Shown: positions 1-10,095 of the stretch, piece after piece | Position numbering within the stretch: position 1 is the stretch's first letter | How the letters are laid out: every line of letters starts with the position of its first letter | Origin: Chiloscyllium plagiosum | Lineage: Eukaryota | Assembly: GCF_004010195.1 (NCBI RefSeq) | Contig: NC_057718.1 | Location: 8,207,552 to 8,271,551 of the forward strand | Direction of reading: 5' to 3' | DNA: 64,000 nt | The notes under the pieces: generated by a model | What the model was told of the DNA's origin: nothing | What the model saw: only the letters and a program-made list of their open reading frames with translations | Databases searched by the model: none | Translations under genes and position numbers: made by a program

Positions 1-182
1 GTCCAGAAAGATAATAAAAAGTATCAATAAAGTACTCAAGTTATAGTCCTTTTCCAACCTGAGTTCATGTCCGCGTGACTTCAGAACACGAGGCCACGCT
101 GTCTCCACACACTGCCCTCCATCCAGGACTCGCTCTGCACCCACTCCGGGACTTGACCCTTGACTCCCTCTGCTCTCCACTT

Positions 183-448
183 ATCTGTGTGGAGTTTGCA
201 CATTCCCCCCGTGTCTGCGCTGTTTTCCTCCGGGTGCTCCAGTTTCCTCCCAAAGTCCAAAGATGTGCAGATTAAGTAGGTTGGCCATACTATAGTGCAC
301 ATGATGTCCATGGATGCCTAGGGTTACTGTATCATTCATGGGAAAAGCAGGATGACGGGGAATAAGGTTGGGGAGGGCTGGAGGGATGGGTTTGGGTGGA
401 CCCGATGGGCTGAATGGCCTACTTCCATGCTGTAGTGATTCTATTCTG
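183..448 (+). mobile_element. 5'-truncated HE1-like V-SINE
   Basis: V-domain tgtgtggagtttgcacattccccc...ctccgggtgctccagtttcctccc, ending in a CR1-type tail (gatgggctgaatggcct...gattctattct). Confidence 0.8.
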
Positions 449-614
449 TAAAAACGGGAAACAAACAGCAGAATATTGTCATTGCACTACTGTGATTAGT
501 TAGATTTCACTACTACATAGGACTAGAAATGATTACCCAAATATATTTAACTCTTGTGACAACTGCAAGTGAGTGCCCACAGTTACAGGTTAGAAAGGGC
601 AGTTGAACAGCATT

Positions 615-1000
615 GATGGTTAGAAGAGTGAGAGGTGATTTATATAAAACATTCGAGGTCCAAGGGGGCCTTGAAAGAGTGGATGTGGAGAGTATTTTTT
701 TTCTTGTGGGAGATTAGAGAACAGGAGGTGGGTGGGGGGTCACTGTGAAGAAATAAGGGGTTGCCGATTTAAGACAGAGGTGACGAGAAATGTTTTCTTT
801 CAAAGGGGTGCCACCCTCAAAAGGAAGTGGAAGCAGAGTACTGGAATATTTTCACGGTGGAGATATATTCTTGATAAGTAAAGGGGTGTAAAGTTACAAT
901 GGGTAGGCAGGAATGTGGAGTCATTGGAACAACCATGAGCTTATTGAATAACAGAGCAGGCTTGACGGGTCTAATTGCCCATTCCTACTCTTATGTTCCT
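615..1000 (+). mobile_element. Degraded CR1 LINE 3' fragment
   Basis: Remnant of the ORF2 C-terminus (RR.RGDL...F) and 3' UTR ending in cctactcttatgtt. Confidence 0.7.
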
Positions 1001-1006
1001 CAAGTA

Positions 1007-1209
1007 CAGTCAGTTCCTCTATAACACAATGGTTCTGTTCTTGTACAACCCCACATTATATAAAAATCGCACTTAAAGTGTTGGCGATGTAATCATGTTA
1101 CGGTGAACACGTTTTAAAAGTTCGTGCATTAGAAACAGTGCCCCCGATTCATCAATCGAATTACAGCGAACTTGCATTTACAAAATGAGCATTATAACAG
1201 AATGACCTG
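1007..1209. mobile_element. Tc1/mariner (pogo/Tigger-like) MITE
   Basis: TA at 1005-1006 and 1210-1211. Imperfect TIRs CAGTCAGTTCCTCTATAAC / ATTATAACAGAATGACCTG. Confidence 0.65.
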
Positions 1210-1217
1210 TAGTACAT

Positions 1218-2114
1218 AAGAATAGAATAGAAATTTGTTGTCACTTGAACTTATACATGAAGAATACAGTGGAAAGCTTTAGAAGTTGCCCCACCATGGC
1301 TCTCACATCAATAACAGAAGTCATACATATTCATAAAAAGAAGAGAAATTAAGACAAATTTCATCACAGTTCGGTGAATGGCTCCCAGTTGGATACTGGG
1401 CCGAAGGCCGATTCAAGATTGATGGAATTTCCTGAAGACGTTATTGGGGTGAGACAGCCACACCAGGCAGTTGGATACCGGGATGAGACAGCTACTCCAG
1501 GCAGTTGGATACCGGGATTAGACAGCCACGCCAGGCAGTTGGATACCGGGATTAGACAGCTATGCCAGACAGTTGGATACAGGGTTGAGACAGCCATGCC
1601 AGGCAGTTGGATACCAGGATGAGTTGCCCATGCCAGGCAGTTGGATACCAGGATGAGACTGCCACACTAGGCAGGTGGATACCGGGATGGGTTGGCCACG
1701 CCAGGCAGTTGGATACCGGGATGAGAAGGGCATGCCAGACATTTGGATACTGGGCCAGAAGTCTCCTCTGAAGATGGCCACCATGCCAGGCCAAGACTGC
1801 CTGCGGGCCTCTGGAATATCTGGACACTGGAGAAGATCTCTACACAGCAATGTGACAACTGCACTGGCACAACACCACCATGCCAGGAAATCACCACATC
1901 GGGAGACGGATACACGGGGGCCGTGACAGTCTTTCTCCACCTTCAGGCGCCCGGGACCAATTGTGGACCTGGATCCCAAGCTTAGTCCGAGAGTCTGGGC
2001 CGGGGGAATTCAGTCTGGGACTTGGTCCTCACTTGCCGGAAACCCCGGGCTAGGGTGGAACTGTGTCCAGCTTTGCCTGGCATTACTGCTGCCACCGCCA
2101 CGAGAGGCCTCCTC
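1218..2114 (-). mobile_element. Putative composite non-autonomous retroelement with internal VNTR
   Basis: Read on the minus strand: GC/CpG-rich head (about 1760-2114), 34-bp tandem array, then a LINE-type tail GTGACAACAAAT(TTCTA)n at 1218-1243. No convincing TSD. Confidence 0.45.
1447..1755. repeat. Minisatellite, 34-bp unit, about 9 copies
   Basis: Unit CCAGGCAGTTGGATACCGGGATGAGACAGCCAYG repeated head to tail. It accounts for the overlapping repetitive ORFs at 1364-1985. Confidence 0.93.
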
Positions 2115-2357
2115 TAATATAATTGGTTATCCAATGTGTGACATTGATAATTGCTCTATGCAAATAAAAACAAAATATATAAACTATCAACATGATGAAT
2201 ATACAGGAGAGCTGGAACCCTCAGATCGAGAGAACAGCAATTTGGGGTCAACGGCAACATTATCTCCATAATGAAAATCCTTTTTTATCAGCGTGTGTTT
2301 AGCATCTTGAAAACACTGCGTGGAGGAAGCTGGTTCAGTCGTGGCTTTCAAACGGGA

Positions 2358-2705
2358 CTTTAAGTTATCTCGAGAACGTGATGAAAAAGAAGTTTTGGGA
2401 TTTATATACGAGTGAACCGAAACCTGCAACCTATGCTAAGAGATGAAAGACTTAACAGCAATCTAGGTTTGGCAGCATGTGAGGTTTCTCCAGCACCACT
2501 CTAATCTTGACTATAATCTCCAGCACCTGCAGTCTTCACTTTCGCCTAGCAATCTAGGTTTGTTCAATATATCATTTCAGTTGCATGTCACTGTAATCTT
2601 TTGCTCTAAATTTTGTGTCTTATTGTCTTGTTCCACAGCTACTTGATGAAGAAGCAGTGCTCCCAAATAAAGCTGTTGAACTATAATCTGGTGTTGTGAT
2701 TTATA
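2358..2705 (+). mobile_element. Penelope-like 3' tail (family C) with a nested family A stub at 2472-2547
   Basis: Similar to the PLE 3' region at 22620-22772, then a decayed hammerhead (ttgatgaagaagcagtgctcc) and ctataatctggtgttgtg. The nested stub is flanked by the 15-bp duplication AGCAATCTAGGTTTG (2457-2471, 2548-2562). Confidence 0.75.
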
Positions 2706-2709
2706 ACTT

Positions 2710-3030
2710 GGGGACGAGGTGGTGTCAAGGCACTGAACTGGTCGCTCAGGAACCAGATTATTATTCTGGGGCCATGGTTTGAATCCCACTACGATAGATG
2801 GTAAAATATGAATCCAATAAAAAAAAACAGCCTTTGGCTACCATGTCATGACTGTCAATTGTCACTTAAAACCCATTTGGTTCACTAATGTTTTTTAGGG
2901 AAGGAAAGCTTCCATCCCTTACCTTGTCTGGAATACACGTGACTCCAGAGCTGTAGCAATGTGTTTGGCTCTTAACTGCCCACTGGGGCATTTGGAAATG
3001 TCAATAAAAGATGGTCCAGCCAACAACACT
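2710..3030 (+). mobile_element. tRNA-headed SINE with tail related to the 32-34 kb LINE
   Basis: B-box-like GGTTTGAATCCC, central block aaaacccatttggttcactaatg...gctcttaactgccc, and tail ggggcatttggaaatgtcaataaa. Confidence 0.65.
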
Positions 3031-3364
3031 AACTGATCCTATGATGTTAAATTTGTAAGGCTGGGAGTGGGACTAATTCAATTACTCCTGCAGAGAGCCA
3101 GCATAAACATGACATGGCACAAACAGCTGTGTGCTGGAACCATTCTATGAATACAAAGAACCTTTGACAATGCTCCAAAATGCCTTAGAATCAAGAAAAT
3201 GCTTTTGATCTGCAACAGTGGAATGCACCAGCCAATGTGCACATAGTAAGCTATTCTGGACAGCAACAAGATAAATGGCAAGATAGCTTGAGTGATATTT
3301 AGACCGACAAATGAAGGTTGCTCAAGGCACATTTCTCTCCCCATATTTGGGACCCTGATGCCAG

Positions 3365-3480
3365 CTTTCACATGTGCCATACTACACTGGAATATCAACC
3401 TAGATATAGCACTCAAGTCTCTGGAGTGGGACTAACATCCATACTTTGAGTTGAGATGAGAACACTGCCTAGGAACCATG
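3365..3480 (-). mobile_element. Deu-domain-type (SacSINE1/AmnSINE-like) SINE 5' fragment
   Basis: Minus strand reads AGTCCCACTCCAGAGACTTGAGTGCTATATCTAGGTTGATATTCCAGTG, resembling the recalled SacSINE1 head. Confidence 0.55.
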
Positions 3481-3519
3481 CCTAACACAAATGATTTTTA
3501 AAAAATCCTCACATATTAT

Positions 3520-4956
3520 GCTGCAGACTTGATTACTTTTATTAGAGACAGATATAACAAACATGAAAGATGGGCAACATAGTCACAATGTGCACTGTAG
3601 AGTGAATACCTCATTGTCATAGACAGAATGGTACAATAAAGTGACAAGTCCAATGCATTTGTTTTATTTCTGTTCTGGTTTGATCAGCACAAGTAACAAA
3701 AAGGTGGAACCACTTCACATTTGTCGCAATCTGACCCACTGGATCTGGTTGCCAATGGGAAGTGGACGTACTCACTGATGATGGCATTTTGCTTGGTTTG
3801 AGAAATACCGCCAAATGGGCAATGATTCTTTATTAAATTTCTTTGTCATGAGCAAGTCAAGAACAATTGTATAATGTTAAACCTATTATGCGTTGACTCT
3901 ATGTTGCAGTAAGCTTATTTTATTTTGCAAACAATTAATGAATGGTAATTTTTATTGTTAGCCATACACACACACACACCACTCTCTTAACAGCTGGTGC
4001 AATTTATCTCACCTTACATCCCAGAAATAAAGAGAAACAGTCTGATACACATTTATTTATTACAAGACATCATGCTTAATGACACTTCTCCATGCATACT
4101 GAACATCTCCTCTGGCAACTGGTTATATGAACTCCAAAGCTACATTACTCCTCTGAATGGATATTCGGATAAACATTCAAATTGGGTTTCAAAAGACAGT
4201 GGAAGGTGCTGCTGACTGGCACCATGAGGTTTGGCTGTCTGTGCAAATAACATCTAAGATATGCTTCGAAAACAACTGTGCACAAAATTAAGATACCCAC
4301 CACCCTTCTTTCAAATGTGCTTGGAAGAACATGGTGTCCCACTGTTCTGAGGTGCATTTGCACTTTTTGCATTTGTAAAAGCCCCATGATATCTGAAGCC
4401 TGAGAAGCGAGCTGGATTTGAAAGTCGAGCTAACTTGCATAACATACAGCTATGGACCTGGCTCTTCTTAGACAAGATGTCAGGAAGTTGGGAAAGAGAA
4501 GGGAGGGGGTTGATGTGTGAATTATGCTCTGCTGTTGGAATGAGCCAAGTAGGACATGATACCCCCACTTAACCTGCTCAGTGCTGTGAAAGGGAATACT
4601 ATAGTTACATTAAATTACTGTAATGCCCGTAGACAAGACAGTTACATCACAGAAAAAGCAGCAGAATTTAAGAACCTGATGCACTTTTCTTTAGTGTTGC
4701 CATCACAAGTGCCATTTTAAAAAAAGTCCTTAGCTAGGAGACACAAGCCATTAATATTTATACCTGGCACCCAAGGCATATTCTTCTTTCCACTGGGATA
4801 AAATAATGCATCATGGCCCGTTGATCAAAGTGGGATGCCAATGGGGAAACAAAAGGCTCTTTAGTTACGCAAGGGTGGAGTGGAGCAACATACTGGTTAG
4901 TTCTTTGTGCCAGTGGAGAGGACACAAATTACGTGTGGGTACAGTTGGGCTGGGAC
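3520..4956 (-). other. VTA1: Probable VTA1 3' UTR (distal end uncertain)
   Basis: About 1.4 kb downstream of the stop with no recognisable interspersed repeats. Several minus-strand AATAAA (plus-strand tttatt at about 3538, 3663, 3829, 3918). The site actually used cannot be determined. Confidence 0.5.
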
Positions 4957-5102
4957 TCATTCCCTCCCTGTAGTGAGCAACTTGAGGGCCTTCTGGAGAT
5001 TCTGCACCGCGGTCCCCACGTCTTCGTACTGTAGGGCGCTGCCTGCATATTTGCAGTACTTCTGAGCTCTGGCGTAGTCTTCTGGGGTCAGGCGCACCTC
5101 CC
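4957..5102 (-). CDS. VTA1: VTA1 last coding exon (C-terminal VSL, VPS4-binding/dimerisation domain)
   Basis: Acceptor ttattgtttttcccatAG. Encodes (G)EVRLTPEDYARAQKYCKYAGSALQYEDVGTAVQNLQKALKLLTTGRE followed by TGA (4957-4959), near-identical to the recalled human VTA1 C-terminus. Confidence 0.97.
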
Positions 5103-5384
5103 CTATGGGAAAAACAATAATAACTCAGTCATTAGGAGATTTAGTAGAAGTGTTAAAAAGTGATGGGTTCTGATGGTGTTGTAGGGAGCTGTTTTCATTG
5201 GCAGGACAACAGGACAATCAGACAATGGGAATATTGTAAATTTTTTAAAAAAGTATGCCAAGTTGCAAGGATGGCAACTAACATTGGTGCCAGGAAAGCT
5301 TTTAGAATTGATAATCCTAATGAATGCTCAATTTTAACAATAGTGGACTGATCAAGGATGGAATTGTTGAAGACAAATTTAAAA

Positions 5385-5490
5385 ATGCTGGAAATAATAG
5401 GTCACGCAGCATCCATACAGAGACAGCAAGCTAATGTTTTGAGTCTAAATGTCTCAAAATGTTAGCTTGTTCTCTCTCCACAGATGTGGT
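5385..5490. mobile_element. Degraded palindromic PLE-derived mini-element
   Basis: aaatgctggaaat...cagcatccatacagagacagcaagctaatgttttgag / ctcaaaatgttagcttgttctctctccacagatg form inverted arms. Confidence 0.55.
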
Positions 5491-5599
5491 GGTTTTCAGT
5501 GAAGGCAAATTATGTTTATCTAACCTGATTGAGTTGTTTGCTTGATGAGGGTACAGATGGAGGATAGTGAATCGATGTGGTGCTTGATAAACTCCATGG

Positions 5600-6240
5600 A
5601 TCACCAATGGCAACATGGATATAAGAGTTGGCGAGACTCAGGAAACAGACATTTGTGGTGCACAGAACAGCGTTTTTCAGATTGGAGGATAGTATACAGC
5701 AAGGTTCCCGTGGTCAGTATTAGGATCACTGCTGTCCTTGAAGCATATTGACAACATAAACCTGGGTGTAAGGGGCACAACTTCAAAATGTGATGGAGCA
5801 TAAAGTTTGGAAGAATTGTGATTAATGACAGATTTCAACAGGAGATGGGCAAGTTGGACAATTTACTGCAGAGGTATATGATGAGACATATTTGATGGAA
5901 AGAACGAACAAAGAGAGGCAATAGAAAAGAAATTGGGGACAGGATCAGAGAGATCTGGGGATATATGCGTACAATGATTTGGGGTATAATAATTTATCAT
6001 TTGGGAATTTGGATTTTAAAGAGGAAGTAAAATAGGTCAGTGGTTAGGATCTGGAACGCACTACTTGCAGGGATGTTGGAGGCAGATTCAATTCCGGCTA
6101 CAAAAAAACGATTGAGTAAGTACCTGAAGAGGACAAATAATTGCAGGGCTATGGGAAAAGGGCCAGTGTGTGGGACAAGCTGAATTCTTGTTGCTGAAAG
6201 TCAGCATGGTCACGATGAACTGAATCACACAGTTATTACA
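5600..6240 (+). mobile_element. Old CR1 LINE RT/3' fragments
   Basis: Remnants such as W..V.S.VP.GSVLG and a CR1 3' UTR; heavily decayed. Confidence 0.6.
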
Positions 6241-6275
6241 GCACAGAGGCATCTTAGTTGGCTTTCTGGTATTTC

Positions 6276-6495
6276 GTTGAAACTTTATTGCTGGAACAGC
6301 ACAGCAGGTCAGGCAGCATCCAGGGAACAGGAGATTCGACGTTTCGGGCACAGGCCCTTCTTCAGGAATTCCTGAAGAAGGGCCTGTGCCCGAAACGTCG
6401 AATCTCCTGTTCCCTGGATGCTGCCTGACCTGCTGTGCTGTTCCAGCAATAAAGTTTCAACTTTGATCTCCAGCATCTGCAGACCTCACTTTCTC
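6276..6495. mobile_element. Palindromic PLE-derived mini-element, family A (young copy)
   Basis: Perfect 186-bp palindrome at 6276-6461 (centre GAATTC) plus a 34-bp one-sided extension. 14-bp TSD CTTTCTGGTATTTC at 6262-6275 and 6496-6509. Confidence 0.92.
6363..6409. ncRNA. Minimal type I hammerhead ribozyme motif (mirror copy on the minus strand at 6328-6374)
   Basis: CTGAAGA (6372-6378), extra A, stem II GGGC-CTGT-GCCC, GAAA, CG, TC with predicted cleavage after C6399. Stem I is CAGGAATTC paired with GAATCTCCTG (one bulge). Stem III is reduced to the palindrome ACGT. Confidence 0.8.
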
Positions 6496-7947
6496 CTTTC
6501 TGGTATTTCACCAAGTGCTGTTCTCGTCTTCCACCTGTAACCCCATATGTTACTGCTTTTTAAATTGCAGTCTAACTGCCTCCTCTATTGGTGGTGTAGC
6601 CAGTTTAAGACAGATTTAAGATAATGGGGGGGGTGAGGAGGGGTGGATGTTGAAAATATTTTTAATTTATTATGTTTTGAAGGATGGAGGTCAGTGCTGA
6701 TGGGATGGTGGAAAAAAATCAGTATTAACTTAAAAAAGAGCACTAGATATACTCGGAGTGCCATGGGTAACTAATGAGATAGGTTGACTAATGGATAGCA
6801 CTTTCGAAGAGCCATCACATGCACAATGGACTGAACAGTCACCTTCTGCTGTGCTCTTGGAAACTATTTAGTAATCACTGGTAGGCCATCAGAATAAGGA
6901 GGAATGGGGGGGGGAGGGGGGGGAGGAGGAGATTACAATGACAGTGCTATTACTGAGATTGATGAAGAGGCTGTTCAGATGAAGTTGAAATGCCCCAATT
7001 CACTGTGCCCTGGAACTGTTACATGAAAAGGGCTGAGTGATTAGAGCAACGAGTAAGAGCCAACATTGAAGGACATTTTAAAATGCTCCTAACTCCCACA
7101 CGATTCCGTTTCAAAGATGGCTTTGAAGACTAGCATTAAATGGATGGGAAATACACAAGTTTTAATTGATTGTACAATACAGGAAAACCTCACATTTGCA
7201 AACCATCTTATTCTCCAAAACATCCAAGCATTCTCACCATTATTTACTCTTTGAAATGTAGCTACTTGTTACATAGCAGAGTTAGCAACCATTCTACTAC
7301 TGATATGCCACAAACCAAAGGGCAACTGAGCTAGTTAATTGAGGAGTGAGGGGGGGCACTTAATTGGGCAGGATGAAGAGTTGCTTGACACAGAAGAATA
7401 GAGGTTTACAACTTGGTAATAATAATAAAAAGAGTATGACAAGCCCTTCCCAGGTTTCACCACAAAGGCATAGTCTTAAAATGAGCACCCATGTTTCACA
7501 CGGCAGAGTGAGTTCAATGCCTTTCTTCTTCCACCTGAATCCCTCAAAGGCATTACATTTTCCAAGACATAGCCTGAACTCCAAACTTTGTGTAATTTAC
7601 TTGCCTTTAATGAAACAGCGCCAAAGACATAATTAAGTAGAAAGAATGACTGGAGCCACTAGAAAATAGAATATTTAGCACGTAGGTCATCCAAGGTAAT
7701 TAAAAGTATCAGATATCTTCACAAAAGCAGTCTAAGTATGCAATCAACTTTTCATTTGTCACACATGCAAAATGATAAAACTGAAACCTTCAATTCGATT
7801 GCAGCCTGCAATTCACTCCCTGATATTCATTATTCTTCCTTCAAAGAACCATGTCCTCTTCCAGATTAATATCTTAGTCACTCCATGTACATTCATATAC
7901 TATCATTGTCTCTGTACCTTTTCAAAACTGAATGACAGTATAAACTA

Positions 7948-8175
7948 AAAGAGAAAATGCTGGAAAATCTCAGCAGGTCTGGCAGCATCTGTAAGGAGAG
8001 AAAAGAGCTGACGTTTCGAGTCTAACTGACCCTTTGTCAAAGCTTTGACAAAGGGTCAGTTAGACTCGAAACGTCAGCTCTTTTCTCTCCTTACAGATGC
8101 TGCCAGACCTGCTGAGATTTTCCAGCATTTTCTCTTTCGGTTTCAGATTCCAGCATCCGCAGTAATTTGCTTTTA
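7948..8175. mobile_element. Palindromic PLE-derived mini-element, family B (young copy)
   Basis: Perfect 190-bp palindrome at 7948-8137 (centre AAGCTT) plus a 38-bp extension. TSD GACAGTATAAACTA (7934-7947) / GACAGTATGAACTA (8176-8189). Confidence 0.92.
8041..8079. ncRNA. Minimal hammerhead motif with U3-A8 core variant (mirror copy on the minus strand)
   Basis: TTGACAA (8045-8051), extra A, stem II GGGTC-AGTTA-GACTC, GAAA, CG, TC (predicted cleavage after 8075). Stem I is AGCT/AGCT. Confidence 0.75.
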
Positions 8176-8669
8176 GACAGTATGAACTATCCTGACAAAG
8201 TTCTGTTTGCTTCTTTGCATTATCACCTTCCCTGCCTGGTAGATACCTTTCAATACTATTTGAAGACGCTGGAGAATTAATTATTTGTCAACATCAGTAA
8301 GCTAACAACCAGCCTCCTTCGACCTCATTGGAAAGAAAGTTCAATGCTTTGATTTGTCAAATATAACAATATCTTATTTAAAATAACTGACTTATTTTCT
8401 TAGAATCTGATAGAACTCAAAGCAAGGACCCCTGTCACTATGTTGGATCACAATGGGAGTTTGGCACACACTTCCTCTCATACTCAAGATTCACTGTTGT
8501 TGTTCAGGTGCTCCCCAAACTGCTGCGAGGGGTCCGAACTACAACCTCACATAACAAGCGCTATTTCAGTATCACTTTGACGTTTATTTGCAGATTCCAT
8601 CCAACTGGTTTTGCTGATCTGAATCACGTTTGTATTGTTGGTTATTCCACAAACCCGCCATTGTAAAAA

Positions 8670-8912
8670 CTCAAAACAAAAACTGAAATTGCTGGAAAAG
8701 CTCAGCAGATCTGGCAGCACCTGTGGAGAGAAATCAGAGTTAACGTTTCGGTTTGAGCAACCCTTCATCAGAAGTGTGTTTTGAGAAAGGGTCACTCAAC
8801 CCTAAACGTTAACTCTGATTTCTCTCCACTGATGCTGCCAGATCTGCTGAGCTTTTCCAGCAATTTCTGTTTTTGTTTCTGATTTATAGCGTCTGCAGTT
8901 CTTTCGGTTTTT
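8670..8912. mobile_element. Palindromic PLE-derived mini-element (family B-related)
   Basis: Imperfect inverted arms of about 100 bp. Minus-strand core CTGATGAAGGGTTGCTCAAACCGAAACGTTA. 10-bp TSD ATTGTAAAAA (8660-8669, 8913-8922). Confidence 0.85.
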
Positions 8913-8922
8913 ATTGTAAAAA

Positions 8923-9290
8923 GAAAACCCATCTAGTTCACTAATGTCCCTTATGGAATGAAAATCTGTCTGGTCTGGCCTACATGTAGTTCTAGATCAC
9001 AGAAATATGGTTGACTCTTAACTGCCCTCTGAACAGGCTTATCAAGGCACTCAGTTGTAATAAAACCACTAAAACATTCTCAAAGAAATGAAACTAGATG
9101 GACCACCTGGCATCGACCAATGCACCAAAATAGCAAACTCAGCCCTGTTGACCCTTCAAAGTCTCCTCACTAATATCTGGGAGCTACTGCCAAAATTGGG
9201 ACAGCTATCTCACATACTAGTTAAGCAACAGTCTGAAATATTCATACTCATGGAATTGTCGCTTACAGCTAACTTTCAGACACCTCAAAT
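8923..9290 (+). mobile_element. 5' portion of a CR1-like LINE (SINE-shared block running into the APE endonuclease start)
   Basis: aaaacccatctagttcactaatg...gactcttaactgccc followed by LLTNIWELLPKLGQLSHILVKQQSEIFILMEL, resembling the APE N-terminus (N..GL..K...L.......DI..L.E). Confidence 0.6.
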
Positions 9291-9694
9291 ACCCTACTGG
9301 TTTGTTCAATGCCAAATGTCAACACTACTGGTAACCTTCACTGCAATGGCCGCAATGTTCAATGATCTGCTTTTCATGGACAACTCAGACTGATCCTTAG
9401 ATCCATTTTAATAAAACCTTTTTTTAAAATTTCCATCCATTTGAGCCCACCTTCAATTTCAACCATATGTGGATGCCTGCTAATTCATCTCATAAAGAGT
9501 AATCAATAAACTCACTCTTTGTAACTCAAGAAGACCTGATAAATTGGCTCCTTTTTAAAAAGGCCATGGTGTCTGGGAGAAAGGTATTCACAAGGGAACA
9601 GATTCTTTTTCAGGTTAACATTGTTACACCAACTGAAGGGTTGGGTGAATAAAGAAGGGGAACCATTATTATTCGTCCTCACTTGGGAGTAACA

Positions 9695-9800
9695 CCGAAA
9701 TAGGAGCAGGAGGCCATTCGGCCCTTTGAGCCTTCTCAGCCATTTAATACGATCATGGCTAACCATCCAACTCAGTATCCTGTTTCTGCTTTCTCCCAAT
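9695..9800 (-). mobile_element. CR1 3' tail
   Basis: gaaataggagcaggaggccattcggccctttgag... is the reverse complement of a CR1 terminus. Confidence 0.65.
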
Positions 9801-9944
9801 AACCAACAGTTTGAGGTATCCTGGCTAGAACCATAATGAGTTGGAGAATCTTATACTGTGTCTGGCTGCAACAATATCAAAAATAGCTCTTCTCTGAAGA
9901 ATGCTGGAGAGCAAGGATCAGAATGAAGAAATCTTCAGGGTTCC

Positions 9945-10095
9945 AAACCTCAGCAGGTCTTGGCAGCATCTGTGGAAAGAGAAACAGAGTTATTGTTTCG
10001 AGTCCAAAGACATACTGGATTTGAAACGTTAACTCTGTTTCTGTCTCCACAGATACTACCAGATCTGCTGAGTTTCCCAGCATTCGGTGTTTGTT
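9945..10095. mobile_element. Degraded palindromic PLE-derived mini-element
   Basis: ctcagcaggtcttggcagcatctgtggaaagagaaacagagtt...tttcgag / ttgaaacgttaactctgtttctgtctccacagatactaccagatctgctgag. Confidence 0.75.

Noticed and set aside
1447..1755. CRISPR-like array
   Set aside because: The variable parts are homologous to one another and only about 13 bp, there are no unique spacers or cas genes, and the context is vertebrate. It is a minisatellite.
1364..2271. Overlapping ORFs as protein genes
   Set aside because: They are products of the GC-rich tandem repeat, with no recognisable domain or splice structure.
6276..8175. Palindromes as DNA-transposon MITEs or assembly fold-back artefacts
   Set aside because: TSDs are long and variable, the arms are asymmetric, hammerhead cores are present, and diverged copies recur at independent sites. 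This fits PLE-type retroposition better.
8483..8660. Minus-strand protein-like stretch SDPSQQFGEHLNNNSES*
   Set aside because: In-frame stop a few codons upstream, no good acceptor and no recognised homology.
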